Shown here: one piece after another, positions 1 to 8,530 of the stretch
How positions within the stretch are numbered: the stretch's first letter is position 1
Layout of the letters: each line of letters begins with the position of its first letter
From: Minisyncoccota bacterium
GTDB taxonomy: Bacteria > Patescibacteriota > Minisyncoccia > Phycocordibacterales > UBA2100
Reading direction: 5' to 3'
NCBI GenBank assembly: GCA_031291875.1
Contig: JARLIE010000183.1
Span: 129,356 to 193,355 of the forward strand
Length of the DNA: 64,000 nt
Made by a program: the position numbers and the translations under genes
Notes under the pieces: generated by a model
Database searches by the model: none
What the model was told of the DNA's origin: nothing
Seen by the model: the letters and a program-made list of their open reading frames with translations, nothing else

Positions 1-3000
1 CTGCACGAGTCCGCTGTCTGCGCCGCCGGTGCCACTACCATGCCACGTGAGTGCGGCCATTTCATTCTTCCCGTGCGGATAGCTCGAGAGCGAGGCGGAC
101 GATTGATCCTGTACCGAAACACCCGATGCCCTGAGTCTGCTTATAAAGTCCTGACTCGAGATGCCACTGATAGTGGGAACATTCGGATTACGCGCTAGTT
201 TGCCGGTGGTTCCGTAATTCGATTGTACGGAAATAACCCTTCGAGGTTCGGGGGCCGGTTGAGCCTGCCCAACTTGCTTAAGCGAATACGTCGCAGTGGA
301 AGCGGCACAGGTCGCCGGATTGCTCGCGCACAATCGCGAGAGTGCCAGCTGTTGCTGGAACGACTGCAAGCACTGTGTCTGGTCGCCCTCACACGTAAAC
401 GCGGCGCCGGTCGTCGGGTCGATCGCACACAAGCTGCTCTGATTGGAACAGCTTTGTGTCGAGGTAAGTCCGCTCACACGCGCCTGTGCAACCTGTGTCG
501 TGGGCGTCGGTGTCGCACAGCCGCGATAGTTGCACGATGCAACGCTCGGAGTGCCGCCGTTCACCGGCCCCGGTTGATAGTTTCCTTGCAGCAAGGTGAC
601 CTTTACACCATCCAATACACCCGCTTGCATGCCGCCGAAGTAATTCATCGATGCTTCGTTGAGATCGATGATGCGACCTGGCACGAGCGGACCATTGTCG
701 TTCACATTCACAACGAGCTGCTTGCCGTCGTGTTCGACCAACGCGTAACAATTGTTGCCGTTTCCTATTCCGCAGTTGTATTGTTTCGCCAAATCAAGCT
801 GCAGCGCAGCGTCGTATGCATTTGGATTATAAAAATTTCCCGTCGCGGTTTGCGCACCTCCAGATTTCCAGCCGGGCTTGAACGGATTGTATGTAGATGC
901 CGCACCGACAAGCGTCGGCGACTGCGCTTTATAGGTAGCGTGCGGCGGTGTTTGCGCTTGTGCTTGTGTTTGGGCTTGTTGCTGCGCCGTTTGTGAGACG
1001 GGAGTGGTAGCGACGGAAGGTTCGGATGTGCCGGTGCCAGTACTTTGTCCACCCGTCGATGCCGCCGGAGGCGCGACTGTTCCTATCGGACCGATGGAAG
1101 CGCCGGAATTCGATGCTGGCGATGAGGCGACTGGAAGTGCCGTGATATATGCCTGGGTTTGTGAGAGCAAGCTATCGCCCATCGCGCTCGCCTTTGATTG
1201 ATTTGCGAGGCTTTGATTTTGCGGCAAAGACATTGAATGCAGGAAATTTACATACTGCCCGATTTCATTACCGAGCGTTGGGTTGCCGAGCTGCTTTACA
1301 GAATTCGAGAGGCGTTCGGCAGCTCTTGTTCCCTGCGCCATGGCATCTTCCTGCGACTTCGATGGCCACCACGAAAGACTTTTCATTACATTGAGACCGT
1401 TTTGCGCGATTCGTGTGTCGCGCAATGCTTGATCCCTCAGACTTAACTCGCCCGCTTGCGCTGCACCCACACTGAAAAGATCCGCGAGTGCTTGCCCGGG
1501 GCCCTGCAGTGCGCCCGCCAATGTATTGAGTTGCTGCCTCGCCCAACACGCAAGCGTTAAACAATTCGAGGCGTTTTGTGTCTCGCTCTGTGCTCCGGCA
1601 TTTGTATTGTTGCTCCCCGCGCCGATGCCGTTTGTTCCCGCTCCCGTCGCTTCGGTTTGTGCGACTTGCGTCTGAGTGGGCGCGACCTGCGTTTGTTGGC
1701 TCGGCGTCGTTTGCACTTGCGTACTTTGCTGTGCCGAGCCGCTGCCCGGATTTGTCGACGGCGCGCCAGTTCCACCTTGCTGCGAACCGCTCGGGTTGGC
1801 GGTACCTGTAGGACCCTGCGTCGTTCCCACAGGATTCGATGGCGTGTTATTTCTCTTCTGTGTCACGGGTTGAGATTGCGAAGGAATTCCTGTCGGAATA
1901 GTTTGCGTATTCGTTTGTTGGGAACCTGTCGATTGTCCGCTCATGTTCGTCTGACCACCCGTACTTAAGACCTGCGAATTTGTGTTTGCCGGAATGATTG
2001 TTTGCAATCCGCTTCCAGTATCCGATTGCGCAGAACCTGAACCAGTACTCGCAAGTGCTATACGTGTAAGCGGGAGTGAGGCCGTGAGCTGCGGGACAGG
2101 GACGTTGGAAGTGGCGCCGCACGGCTGCTGCTGGACGGAATTGGTTTGATTCGTTTGCGTCGGACACGGCCCCAGCAGCCCGTCGCTACTCGCGGGGATG
2201 GAGACGATCGGTAGATTCGAGGAATACACGTTGGTTTGCACAGATTGCGAGGGCGAACCCGATTGCGCCTGCGACCCACCAAGGAATCCACCCAAGAGTG
2301 AACCGAGAATCTGCGCGGCGCTTGAGCCGCCGGTAGCGTTGGAACTTCCACCCGTCGCGCCACCGTTTGCCGCGCCGCTTTGGCCACCCAAACCGCCTAA
2401 AACTTGTCCGCCACCCGAAGCTGGAGCTGTAGTATTCCCGTTGGATGCGGGCGGTGTCGTGCCTCCTGCGTTAGCCCCTGTACCATTGCTGCTACCGGCT
2501 CCAGAACCCGACTGACCGCTCGTCCCGATCGATTGTTCTCCTTGCCCGCTTGCTTGTTGTCCTGCGCTTTGCGAGCCACTAGAGCCTGCACTTCCCTGCG
2601 ATTGATCACTCGCGACAGCTTGGTCGATTGTCTTTGGCTCGGGAAGCGATTGCACGATGATAGGATCCGGCAACGGTGGAACTACGGCCTGATCGACAGG
2701 CGGATTGGCGACAGAAGCAGTTTCCGGCGCGCTCGTCGGCGGAGGCAATTCTATTTCGATCGTTTTCGTCGGAGGCGAAACACTATCGAACGGTACCGGT
2801 TGAGCGGAAGAGAACGAATTCGACTCGCCGCTTGGCGTCGTAACATTGCCGGTAACAGCGAGCACTGGTCCTCCCAAACCGAGATTGTCCGAAAGATAGG
2901 TACCCCAACCAGCGTTCTTCGCGGAGCTATTCATGAGTTGCCCCAAATCCTGCGCGGGTGTCGCGCCGGTAGTGTTATTTTGGCTCCCGAGAATATCCGA

Positions 3001-4095
3001 AGCGGTAGCGCCATACGCTTGCCCTTCAAGCATATAACTCAACTTTTGATCGACTGGTTGCGGCGCCTGGGAAAGACCAAGAGAGGTCATAACGCCTTCC
3101 AAACCGGTCCCTTGCAAGCGACTGTCGGTAAGTCCCATTCCGGCCACACCGACGTACCCTTTGTCGGAAATTCCGTATTGAGTACCGGGCAATATCGCAA
3201 CGCTGCCGTCAGGCAGTTTCGCAACGACAGAGAAATTGGATCCTACGATTCCGTTCGCGAGCGCCGCGTTCTGCGTGACCTCTTGGTTGAGCGGATCATT
3301 CGGCGGAATGATGTAGGCAGTGTCGCCGGAAGCGAGCGTTTGTTTATAGTTGGACGGATCGCTCGCAACGCCGGAAGATTGAAAATCGCCGGTTTGTGTC
3401 GTGCCGAACGTACTTTGCAAATATTGTTCTTGCGTGGTCGGGACAGCGGTTTGATCGGTAGCTCCCGAACTATCCGGCTGATTGCCGCTCAAGGAGTTGA
3501 GCGCCTGCGTGAGGACGCTCTGGTTCATATACGGCAACGAAGCGCTCTGCGAACTGCCCGAGACACCGACCGTTTGCAACCAAGACGGCGGAGGCGTTAC
3601 GGTCGGCAAATTCGAGCCCGAGGCTGCGGTGCTCGGCGTTCCTGTTTGAGTAGCCGATGACGGCTGTGCTTGCCCGGTCGTTAAATCTTTAAAATCTTGC
3701 GAAACGGTCGCGTTCGGCGATTGCGAGCCGCCGAGCGCGTCCTGGATTTGCTGCATCGTCGGCTTCTGGGGTGTCTTTCCATTGCAGGTCGTTTCCGCCT
3801 GGCAATTGTTTTGCGCGGCACACGCGCCCTTGATGGTGCCGCCGCCCTGATCGGTCGGACACGTGTAATCGCAGGGCTTGCTGCGCATACACTGCACGCC
3901 CTGCACGTCTTTGGCGAATGATCCGTCAGCATTCTTTTTGTAGTCGCATTTATAATCGCCGACCGTGCAAGCTTTTGTGTCGCTTCCACTCGCCGTATTG
4001 GTGGTGTTCGCCGCAGTCGTTTCCGCGAACGCAAACTGCGCTGCGAAGCCGATGATCGCCAAAGAAATAATCGCCGCGAACGCAGAGCGGTACAT
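1..4095 (-). CDS. Giant secreted Ser/Thr/Gln/Gly-rich low-complexity protein with RlpA-like double-psi beta-barrel domain near C-terminus (partial; 3' end beyond window start)
   Basis: Minus-strand frame is open from ATG at 4093-4095 to position 1 (no stop, so absent from ORF track). N-terminal signal peptide MYRSAFAAIISLAIIGFAAQFAFA. RlpA hallmarks STYNPFKPGW... and VVNVNDNGPLVPGRIIDLNEASMNYFG around nt 600-900. The listed plus-strand ORFs here are antisense artefacts. Confidence 0.75.
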   Translation of the reverse strand, partial: MYRSAFAAIISLAIIGFAAQFAFAETTAANTTNTASGSDTKACTVGDYKCDYKKNADGSFAKDVQGVQCMRSKPCDYTCPTDQGGGTIKGACAAQNNCQAETTCNGKTPQKPTMQQIQDALGGSQSPNATVSQDFKDLTTGQAQPSSATQTGTPSTAASGSNLPTVTPPPSWLQTVGVSGSSQSASLPYMNQSVLTQALNSLSGNQPDSSGATDQTAVPTTQEQYLQSTFGTTQTGDFQSSGVASDPSNYKQTLASGDTAYIIPPNDPLNQEVTQNAALANGIVGSNFSVVAKLPDGSVAILPGTQYGISDKGYVGVAGMGLTDSRLQGTGLEGVMTSLGLSQAPQPVDQKLSYMLEGQAYGATASDILGSQNNTTGATPAQDLGQLMNSSAKNAGWGTYLSDNLGLGGPVLAVTGNVTTPSGESNSFSSAQPVPFDSVSPPTKTIEIELPPPTSAPETASVANPPVDQAVVPPLPDPIIVQSLPEPKTIDQAVASDQSQGSAGSSGSQSAGQQASGQGEQSIGTSGQSGSGAGSSNGTGANAGGTTPPASNGNTTAPASGGGQVLGGLGGQSGAANGGATGGSSNATGGSSAAQILGSLLGGFLGGSQAQSGSPSQSVQTNVYSSNLPIVSIPASSDGLLGPCPTQTNQTNSVQQQPCGATSNVPVPQLTASLPLTRIALASTGSGSAQSDTGSGLQTIIPANTNSQVLSTGGQTNMSGQSTGSQQTNTQTIPTGIPSQSQPVTQKRNNTPSNPVGTTQGPTGTANPSGSQQGGTGAPSTNPGSGSAQQSTQVQTTPSQQTQVAPTQTQVAQTEATGAGTNGIGAGSNNTNAGAQSETQNASNCLTLACWARQQLNTLAGALQGPGQALADLFSVGAAQAGELSLRDQALRDTRIAQNGLNVMKSLSWWPSKSQEDAMAQGTRAAERLSNSVKQLGNPTLGNEIGQYVNFLHSMSLPQNQSLANQSKASAMGDSLLSQTQAYITALPVASSPASNSGASIGPIGTVAPPAASTGGQSTGTGTSEPSVATTPVSQTAQQQAQTQAQAQTPPHATYKAQSPTLVGAASTYNPFKPGWKSGGAQTATGNFYNPNAYDAALQLDLAKQYNCGIGNGNNCYALVEHDGKQLVVNVNDNGPLVPGRIIDLNEASMNYFGGMQAGVLDGVKVTLLQGNYQPGPVNGGTPSVASCNYRGCATPTPTTQVAQARVSGLTSTQSCSNQSSLCAIDPTTGAAFTCEGDQTQCLQSFQQQLALSRLCASNPATCAASTATYSLKQVGQAQPAPEPRRVISVQSNYGTTGKLARNPNVPTISGISSQDFISRLRASGVSVQDQSSASLSSYPHGKNEMAALTWHGSGTGGADSGLVQ

Positions 4096-4111
4096 GTCTC
4101 CTGATTGTACC

Positions 4112-4144
4112 AGCGAAGGACCGGCATTTTGCCGGTCCTTCGCT
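4112..4144 (-). terminator. Perfect 15-bp hairpin (AGCGAAGGACCGGCA-ttt-TGCCGGTCCTTCGCT) between groEL stop and downstream gene start; no U-tract (I-shaped terminator candidate)
   Basis: Inverted repeat read directly from the sequence. On the minus strand the flanks are ATTTTT before and GGTACAA after. Confidence 0.4.
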
Positions 4145-4169
4145 AAAAATGTGGATGTTTGGTGGAGTT

Positions 4170-5816
4170 TTAATCCATGTCTCCCATCCCGCCCGGCATT
4201 CCCGACGCGTTCTTTTTATCTTCCGGAATATCGGCGATTGCGGCTTCAGTCGTGAGCAGCACCGCGGCAGCGGACGCTGCGTTTTCAACGCCCGAGCGCG
4301 TAACCTTCACCGGATCGATGATGCCCGCCTCGAACATATCTACCATTTCCATGTCTTCGCCCTCGGCAGCGGCGTTGAATCCGACAGCGCCCCCGCGGCG
4401 AATAACTTCCTGCAAAATCACCATCGCGTCTTCGCGTCCTGCATTCTCAGCGATCTGCAGAAGCGGGGCCGAAAGCGAGGAAGCGAGCACTCGGTAGCCG
4501 ACCGAGTATTCGTCGTGCGCCTTGCCGTCGATTTTCTTGAGGAGCTTTGCGCCGACTTTGGCGAGTGCCGCGCCGCCGCCCGGGACGATACCCTCCGCGA
4601 TGGCCGCTTTGGTCGCGTTCACGGCGTCCTCGATTTTGTCTTTCAAGTATTTCATTTCCGTCTCGGTCGCTGCACCGACACGAATGACCGCTACGCCGCC
4701 CGTGAGCTTCGCGATGCGCTCTTCGATTTTTTCTTTGTCGTATTTCGAATCAGTGTTCGCAAGCTGGGCGCGCAACTGTTGCACGCGCGCCTCGATGTCA
4801 GCTTTCTTGCCCTTGCCGCCGACGATCGTCGTCGAGTCTTTAGTCGAGACGACGCGAGTGGCGCGGCCGAGCATGCTGATGTCCGCGCTCTCGAGCTTGA
4901 CGCCGAGGTCTTCGGAAATCACCTGCGCGCCGACCGTGATCGCGATGTCCTGCAACATCTCTTTCTTACGGTCGCCGTAGCCAGGCGCCTTGATGGCGAG
5001 CACATTGAAACCGCCCTTCAATTTATTGAGGATGAACGTCGCGAGCGCCTCGCCTTCGACGTCGTCGGCGATGATGACGAGCTCGCGCTTCCCTGCCTGC
5101 GCGATTTTTTCGAGGAACGGGAGAATATCTTTCACGCTCGAGATCTTTTTGTCGGTGACGAGAATCGGCGCGTCTTTCGCTTCGGCTTCCATGCGCTCCG
5201 GATTAGTTACGAGGTACGCTGAGACATATCCCTTGTCGAACTCCATACCTTCGACGTAATCCATTTCGATACCGAGCGACTGCGATTCTTCCACAGTGAC
5301 GACGCCGTCCTTGCCAACCTTTTCAACTGTCTGCGCGATCGTCTCGCCGAGTTCTTTGGATTCGGCGGAGATCGTGGCGACCTGGCGGATATCCGCCTTG
5401 CCCTTGATCGGCTTTGCCATCTTTTTCAATTCCTCAACCGCGTCTTTTGCCGCCGCTTCAATGCCGCGACGAACCATCATGGCGTTCGCGCCGAGCGCAG
5501 TGCGCTTCAAGCCCTCTCGAACGATCGCCTGCGTGAGAATGACGGCGGTCGAGGTGCCGTCGCCAGCCTTGTCGTTGGTCTTTGTCGCGACTTCTTTCAC
5601 AATCGCGGCGCCCATGTTCTCGAATTTGTCGGCGAGCTCGATTTCTTTCGCGATCGAAACGCCGTCGTTGGTGATCGTCGGGCCACCCCACGATTTGGCG
5701 AGCGCGACGTTGCGGCCCTTAGGGCCGATCGTCACTTTCACCGCGTTGCCGACGACGTCGACACCACGCTTGAGAGCCGCTCGAACTTGTTCGTCAAAAA
5801 TTACCTGCTTTGCCAT
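4170..5816 (-). CDS. groEL: Chaperonin GroEL (60 kDa)
   Basis: MAKQVIFDEQVRAALKRGVDVVGNAVKVTIGPKGRNV..., GDGTSTAVIL, C-terminal GGMGDMD tail. The ORF track starts 13 codons upstream; the conserved MAKQ start is at 5816. Confidence 0.96.
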   Translation of the reverse strand: MAKQVIFDEQVRAALKRGVDVVGNAVKVTIGPKGRNVALAKSWGGPTITNDGVSIAKEIELADKFENMGAAIVKEVATKTNDKAGDGTSTAVILTQAIVREGLKRTALGANAMMVRRGIEAAAKDAVEELKKMAKPIKGKADIRQVATISAESKELGETIAQTVEKVGKDGVVTVEESQSLGIEMDYVEGMEFDKGYVSAYLVTNPERMEAEAKDAPILVTDKKISSVKDILPFLEKIAQAGKRELVIIADDVEGEALATFILNKLKGGFNVLAIKAPGYGDRKKEMLQDIAITVGAQVISEDLGVKLESADISMLGRATRVVSTKDSTTIVGGKGKKADIEARVQQLRAQLANTDSKYDKEKIEERIAKLTGGVAVIRVGAATETEMKYLKDKIEDAVNATKAAIAEGIVPGGGAALAKVGAKLLKKIDGKAHDEYSVGYRVLASSLSAPLLQIAENAGREDAMVILQEVIRRGGAVGFNAAAEGEDMEMVDMFEAGIIDPVKVTRSGVENAASAAAVLLTTEAAIADIPEDKKNASGMPGGMGDMD

Positions 5817-5869
5817 AAGAGTTGAATATTCCAAGGCGTTGCCACAAGGCGCCACCTGGAAACTGGTAC

Positions 5870-6190
5870 TTATTTAATGATTGCTAAAATGTCGGACTCG
5901 CGGACGAGGAAGTATTCCTCATTATCCTCACCGAGATCAACTTCATTGTCCCAGCCGGCATTGAAATACACTTTGGTACCTGTCTTGAGAGTCGTCGGAA
6001 TAAGGGTGCCCTCGTCGTTGATTCTGCCGGGGCCGACGGCGATGATGCTGCCGCGTTTCGATTTATCTTTCTCAGCGGTGTCGGGAAGGATAATCCCCGA
6101 AACCGATTTTTTCTCGGGCTTATCCTCGCGCTTCACAAGCACGCGATCGCCGAGTGGTTGTACACTAATTTTTGCTGCTTCTTTTGCCAT
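5870..6190 (-). CDS. groES: Co-chaperonin GroES
   Basis: MAKEAAKISVQPLGDRVLVKRED...GIILPDTAEKDKSKRGSIIAVGPGR; immediately upstream of groEL. Confidence 0.95.
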   Translation of the reverse strand: MAKEAAKISVQPLGDRVLVKREDKPEKKSVSGIILPDTAEKDKSKRGSIIAVGPGRINDEGTLIPTTLKTGTKVYFNAGWDNEVDLGEDNEEYFLVRESDILAIIK

Positions 6191-6407
6191 ATCAATCTTT
6201 TATTGAAGCTGATAAATAGTGCTAGTGACGTGCACATCATAGTTGAATATTCATGAGAGGAGAACTTGACTACGTTTATATACGATGTGCAATAAATTTC
6301 CGGGCCCTACTTCTTATAAGGACATGCTCGTCTTTAGGTTACAAGGGTGTCCCAATAGCCCTGGAGCTGGGTTGCATACCCAAAACCAGTATGATAGGGT
6401 GACTCCG

Positions 6408-6641
6408 ATGGTTTTTCTCCAAGCGGTACTGCCCTACGTGCAGATCTTGCTCTCCGTGCTGCTCATCGGCGCGGTTTTGCTGCAGCGCACCGGCGCTTCG
6501 GTCGGCGGCGCATTTGGCAGCGACAACTTCAGCACCGGCTTTCACACCCGCCGCGGTCTTGAGAAGACCCTCTTTTACGCCACTATCGCGCTTGGTATAC
6601 TGTTTGCGTTAAGTGCGTTGGTAAACCTGCTTATTAGTTAA
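6408..6641 (+). CDS. secG: Preprotein translocase subunit SecG
   Basis: MVFLQAVLPYVQILLSVLLIGAVLLQRTGASVGGAFGSDNF...GLEKTLFYATIALGILF; real start is the internal Met of ORF 6285..6641. Confidence 0.8.
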   Translation: MVFLQAVLPYVQILLSVLLIGAVLLQRTGASVGGAFGSDNFSTGFHTRRGLEKTLFYATIALGILFALSALVNLLIS

Positions 6642-6684
6642 TACCGCATCGGCCTTGGGCCGGTTCGAGTAGCCCCCTAGGGGT

Positions 6685-8514
6685 ATGGTTGATACTGATA
6701 CCGAAACATCCGCATCCTGGCAGGAGAAGCTTCGCATGGAGCGTCGCATTCCCTGGCTCATTCGCTTCGAAGAAGTTCTGCCGCGTTTCTCGCCGGCGGA
6801 GCGCCTTTTTCTCTATGGAATTTCGGTCGTGCTCGCGATCAGCGCGTTTTTGTTGGTAGTAGAAACTTCACACTATTTTTCTACGGTCGTACCCGCAAGA
6901 GGCGGTTCTCTGACGGAAGGAGAAATCGGTCCTGCGCGTTTCATCAACCCGCTCCTTGCCATCTCACAAGCCGACCAAGACCTCACCCAACTCGTTTATT
7001 CCGGATTGCTTCGTGCCAACGCGGATGGTAGCTACTCGCCGGATCTGGCAGCGAGCTACACGATCTCGCCGGACGGCACCGTCTATACATTCAAGCTTCG
7101 TCCAGACGCGAAATTCTCGAATGGCACGCCACTTACCTCCAGCGACGTCGTCTTCACGATCCAGCTCGCGCAAAACCCTGACATCAAGTCGCCGCAGCAA
7201 GCCGACTGGCTTGGCGTACAAGTCTCCGCGCCCGATTCGGAAACAGTCGTTTTCACGCTCCCGCACCCGTACGCGCCGTTTTTGCAGAATGCCACAATGG
7301 GAATCTTGCCGAAAAGCCTGTGGGGCAATGTTTCGAGCGAAGAGTTTCCCTTCTCCCCGCTCAACACGAATCCCGTCGGGAGCGGTCCGTATCGAGTCAC
7401 GGGCGAAAAGACCGACTCGACCGGTTCGCCGACCCGGTACGATCTCGCACCAAATCCAAATTTTGCCCTCGGCGGTTCGATGGTCAATCGAATTACCTTC
7501 CAGTTCTATCCGGATAATGCATCTGTGGTGCGCGCATTGAACGCGGGGCAGATCGACACGATCGCGGCAGTATCACCCGTCGATCTTCCGCAAATTAAAG
7601 ATCGCGGCGCGGAGCTTATGCAGGTGCCGCTTCCCCGTGTCTTCGGCGTATTCTTCAACCAAAGTCACGACCCGGCGCTCGCCGATCCAGCAGTGAAAAC
7701 GGCGCTCGATCAGGCGCTCGACAAGCAAGCGATCGTCGATGATGTGCTCGGCGGTTACGGCGTCACACTCGATTCGCCGATTCCGCCGGGAGTGCTCGGA
7801 GTAGCGCCGCACACCACGCTTTCCACGTATCCGTTTACGGTTGCCGCTTCCACGTCTCCCGTCGTTTCCGCGAACATCACCAACGCGCAGGCAACGCTCC
7901 AGCGAGGAGGCTGGACCTTCGACCAAACGAATCAGGTCTGGACGAAAGGCTCCGGTAAGTCTAAATTGACGCTTGCGCTTACGCTCTCGACGGCCGACCA
8001 AAGCGAGCTCGTCGCTACGGCCAATGCGGTCGCCGCTGCCTGGCAGGCGGCAGGCGTCCACGTCACCGTGCAGGTGTACCCGCTTTCGGATTTCAACAAC
8101 ACGATTTTGCGCCCCCGCGCGTACGACGCAATCCTCTTCGGCGAGGTCGTCGGACGCACCACGGACCTCTTCGCGTTCTGGGACTCGACGCAACGCAACG
8201 ATCCGGGGCTCAATCTCGCGATGTACGCGAGCGCGCAGGCGGACGCGCTTCTCTCGCAAGCGCGAGCGACGAGCGACGAGACGACTCGCTCAAATCTCTA
8301 CCAGCAATTCGCGCAAATCGTGCAGAAAGACCAGCCTGCCGTGTTCTTGTACTCGCCGGATTTCCTGTATCTGGTCCCCCAGGGCCTGCAGGGCGTTCAG
8401 CTCGGCGCACTCACAAGCGCGTCCGATCGATTCCTCAACGTGTACCAGTGGTACACGCAGACGTCTCGCATCTGGAACGCCTTTGCTGCCGGGCAACCTT
8501 CTCAAAACTATTAA
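6685..8514 (+). CDS. Solute-binding protein family 5 (peptide/nickel ABC-type substrate-binding protein) with N-terminal membrane anchor
   Basis: SBP_bac_5-like motifs (VYTFKLRPDAKFSNGTPLTSSDVVFT, NPVGSGPYRV, DLFAFWDS). TM helix LFLYGISVVLAISAFLLVV. Alternative start at 6736 (MERRIPW) has a GGAGAAG Shine-Dalgarno. Confidence 0.8.
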   Translation: MVDTDTETSASWQEKLRMERRIPWLIRFEEVLPRFSPAERLFLYGISVVLAISAFLLVVETSHYFSTVVPARGGSLTEGEIGPARFINPLLAISQADQDLTQLVYSGLLRANADGSYSPDLAASYTISPDGTVYTFKLRPDAKFSNGTPLTSSDVVFTIQLAQNPDIKSPQQADWLGVQVSAPDSETVVFTLPHPYAPFLQNATMGILPKSLWGNVSSEEFPFSPLNTNPVGSGPYRVTGEKTDSTGSPTRYDLAPNPNFALGGSMVNRITFQFYPDNASVVRALNAGQIDTIAAVSPVDLPQIKDRGAELMQVPLPRVFGVFFNQSHDPALADPAVKTALDQALDKQAIVDDVLGGYGVTLDSPIPPGVLGVAPHTTLSTYPFTVAASTSPVVSANITNAQATLQRGGWTFDQTNQVWTKGSGKSKLTLALTLSTADQSELVATANAVAAAWQAAGVHVTVQVYPLSDFNNTILRPRAYDAILFGEVVGRTTDLFAFWDSTQRNDPGLNLAMYASAQADALLSQARATSDETTRSNLYQQFAQIVQKDQPAVFLYSPDFLYLVPQGLQGVQLGALTSASDRFLNVYQWYTQTSRIWNAFAAGQPSQNY

Positions 8515-8530
8515 TTAGCAACTTATTATT

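Noticed and set aside
223-3660. Long plus-strand ORFs 223..996 (257 aa) and 2404..3660 (418 aa), plus several minus-strand ORFs in other frames
   Set aside because: They are antisense or out of frame to a continuous minus-strand reading frame that encodes a signal peptide and an RlpA domain. They are Arg/Ala-rich, typical high-GC shadow ORFs.
4149-5877. Plus-strand ORFs 4149..5222 (357 aa) and 5296..5877 (193 aa)
   Set aside because: Antisense to groEL.
6266-6298. Candidate sigma-70 promoter TTGACT ... GCAATA/ATAAAT between groES and secG
   Set aside because: The -10 and spacer combinations are poor (spacers of 17 nt to GCAATA or 21 nt to ATAAAT).
6191-6300. CIRCE/HrcA operator upstream of groES
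   Set aside because: Only a half-site-like TAGCACT is present; there is no TTAGCACTC-N9-GAGTGCTAA inverted repeat. No convincing HAIR element either; a CTTGACT half is present only once.
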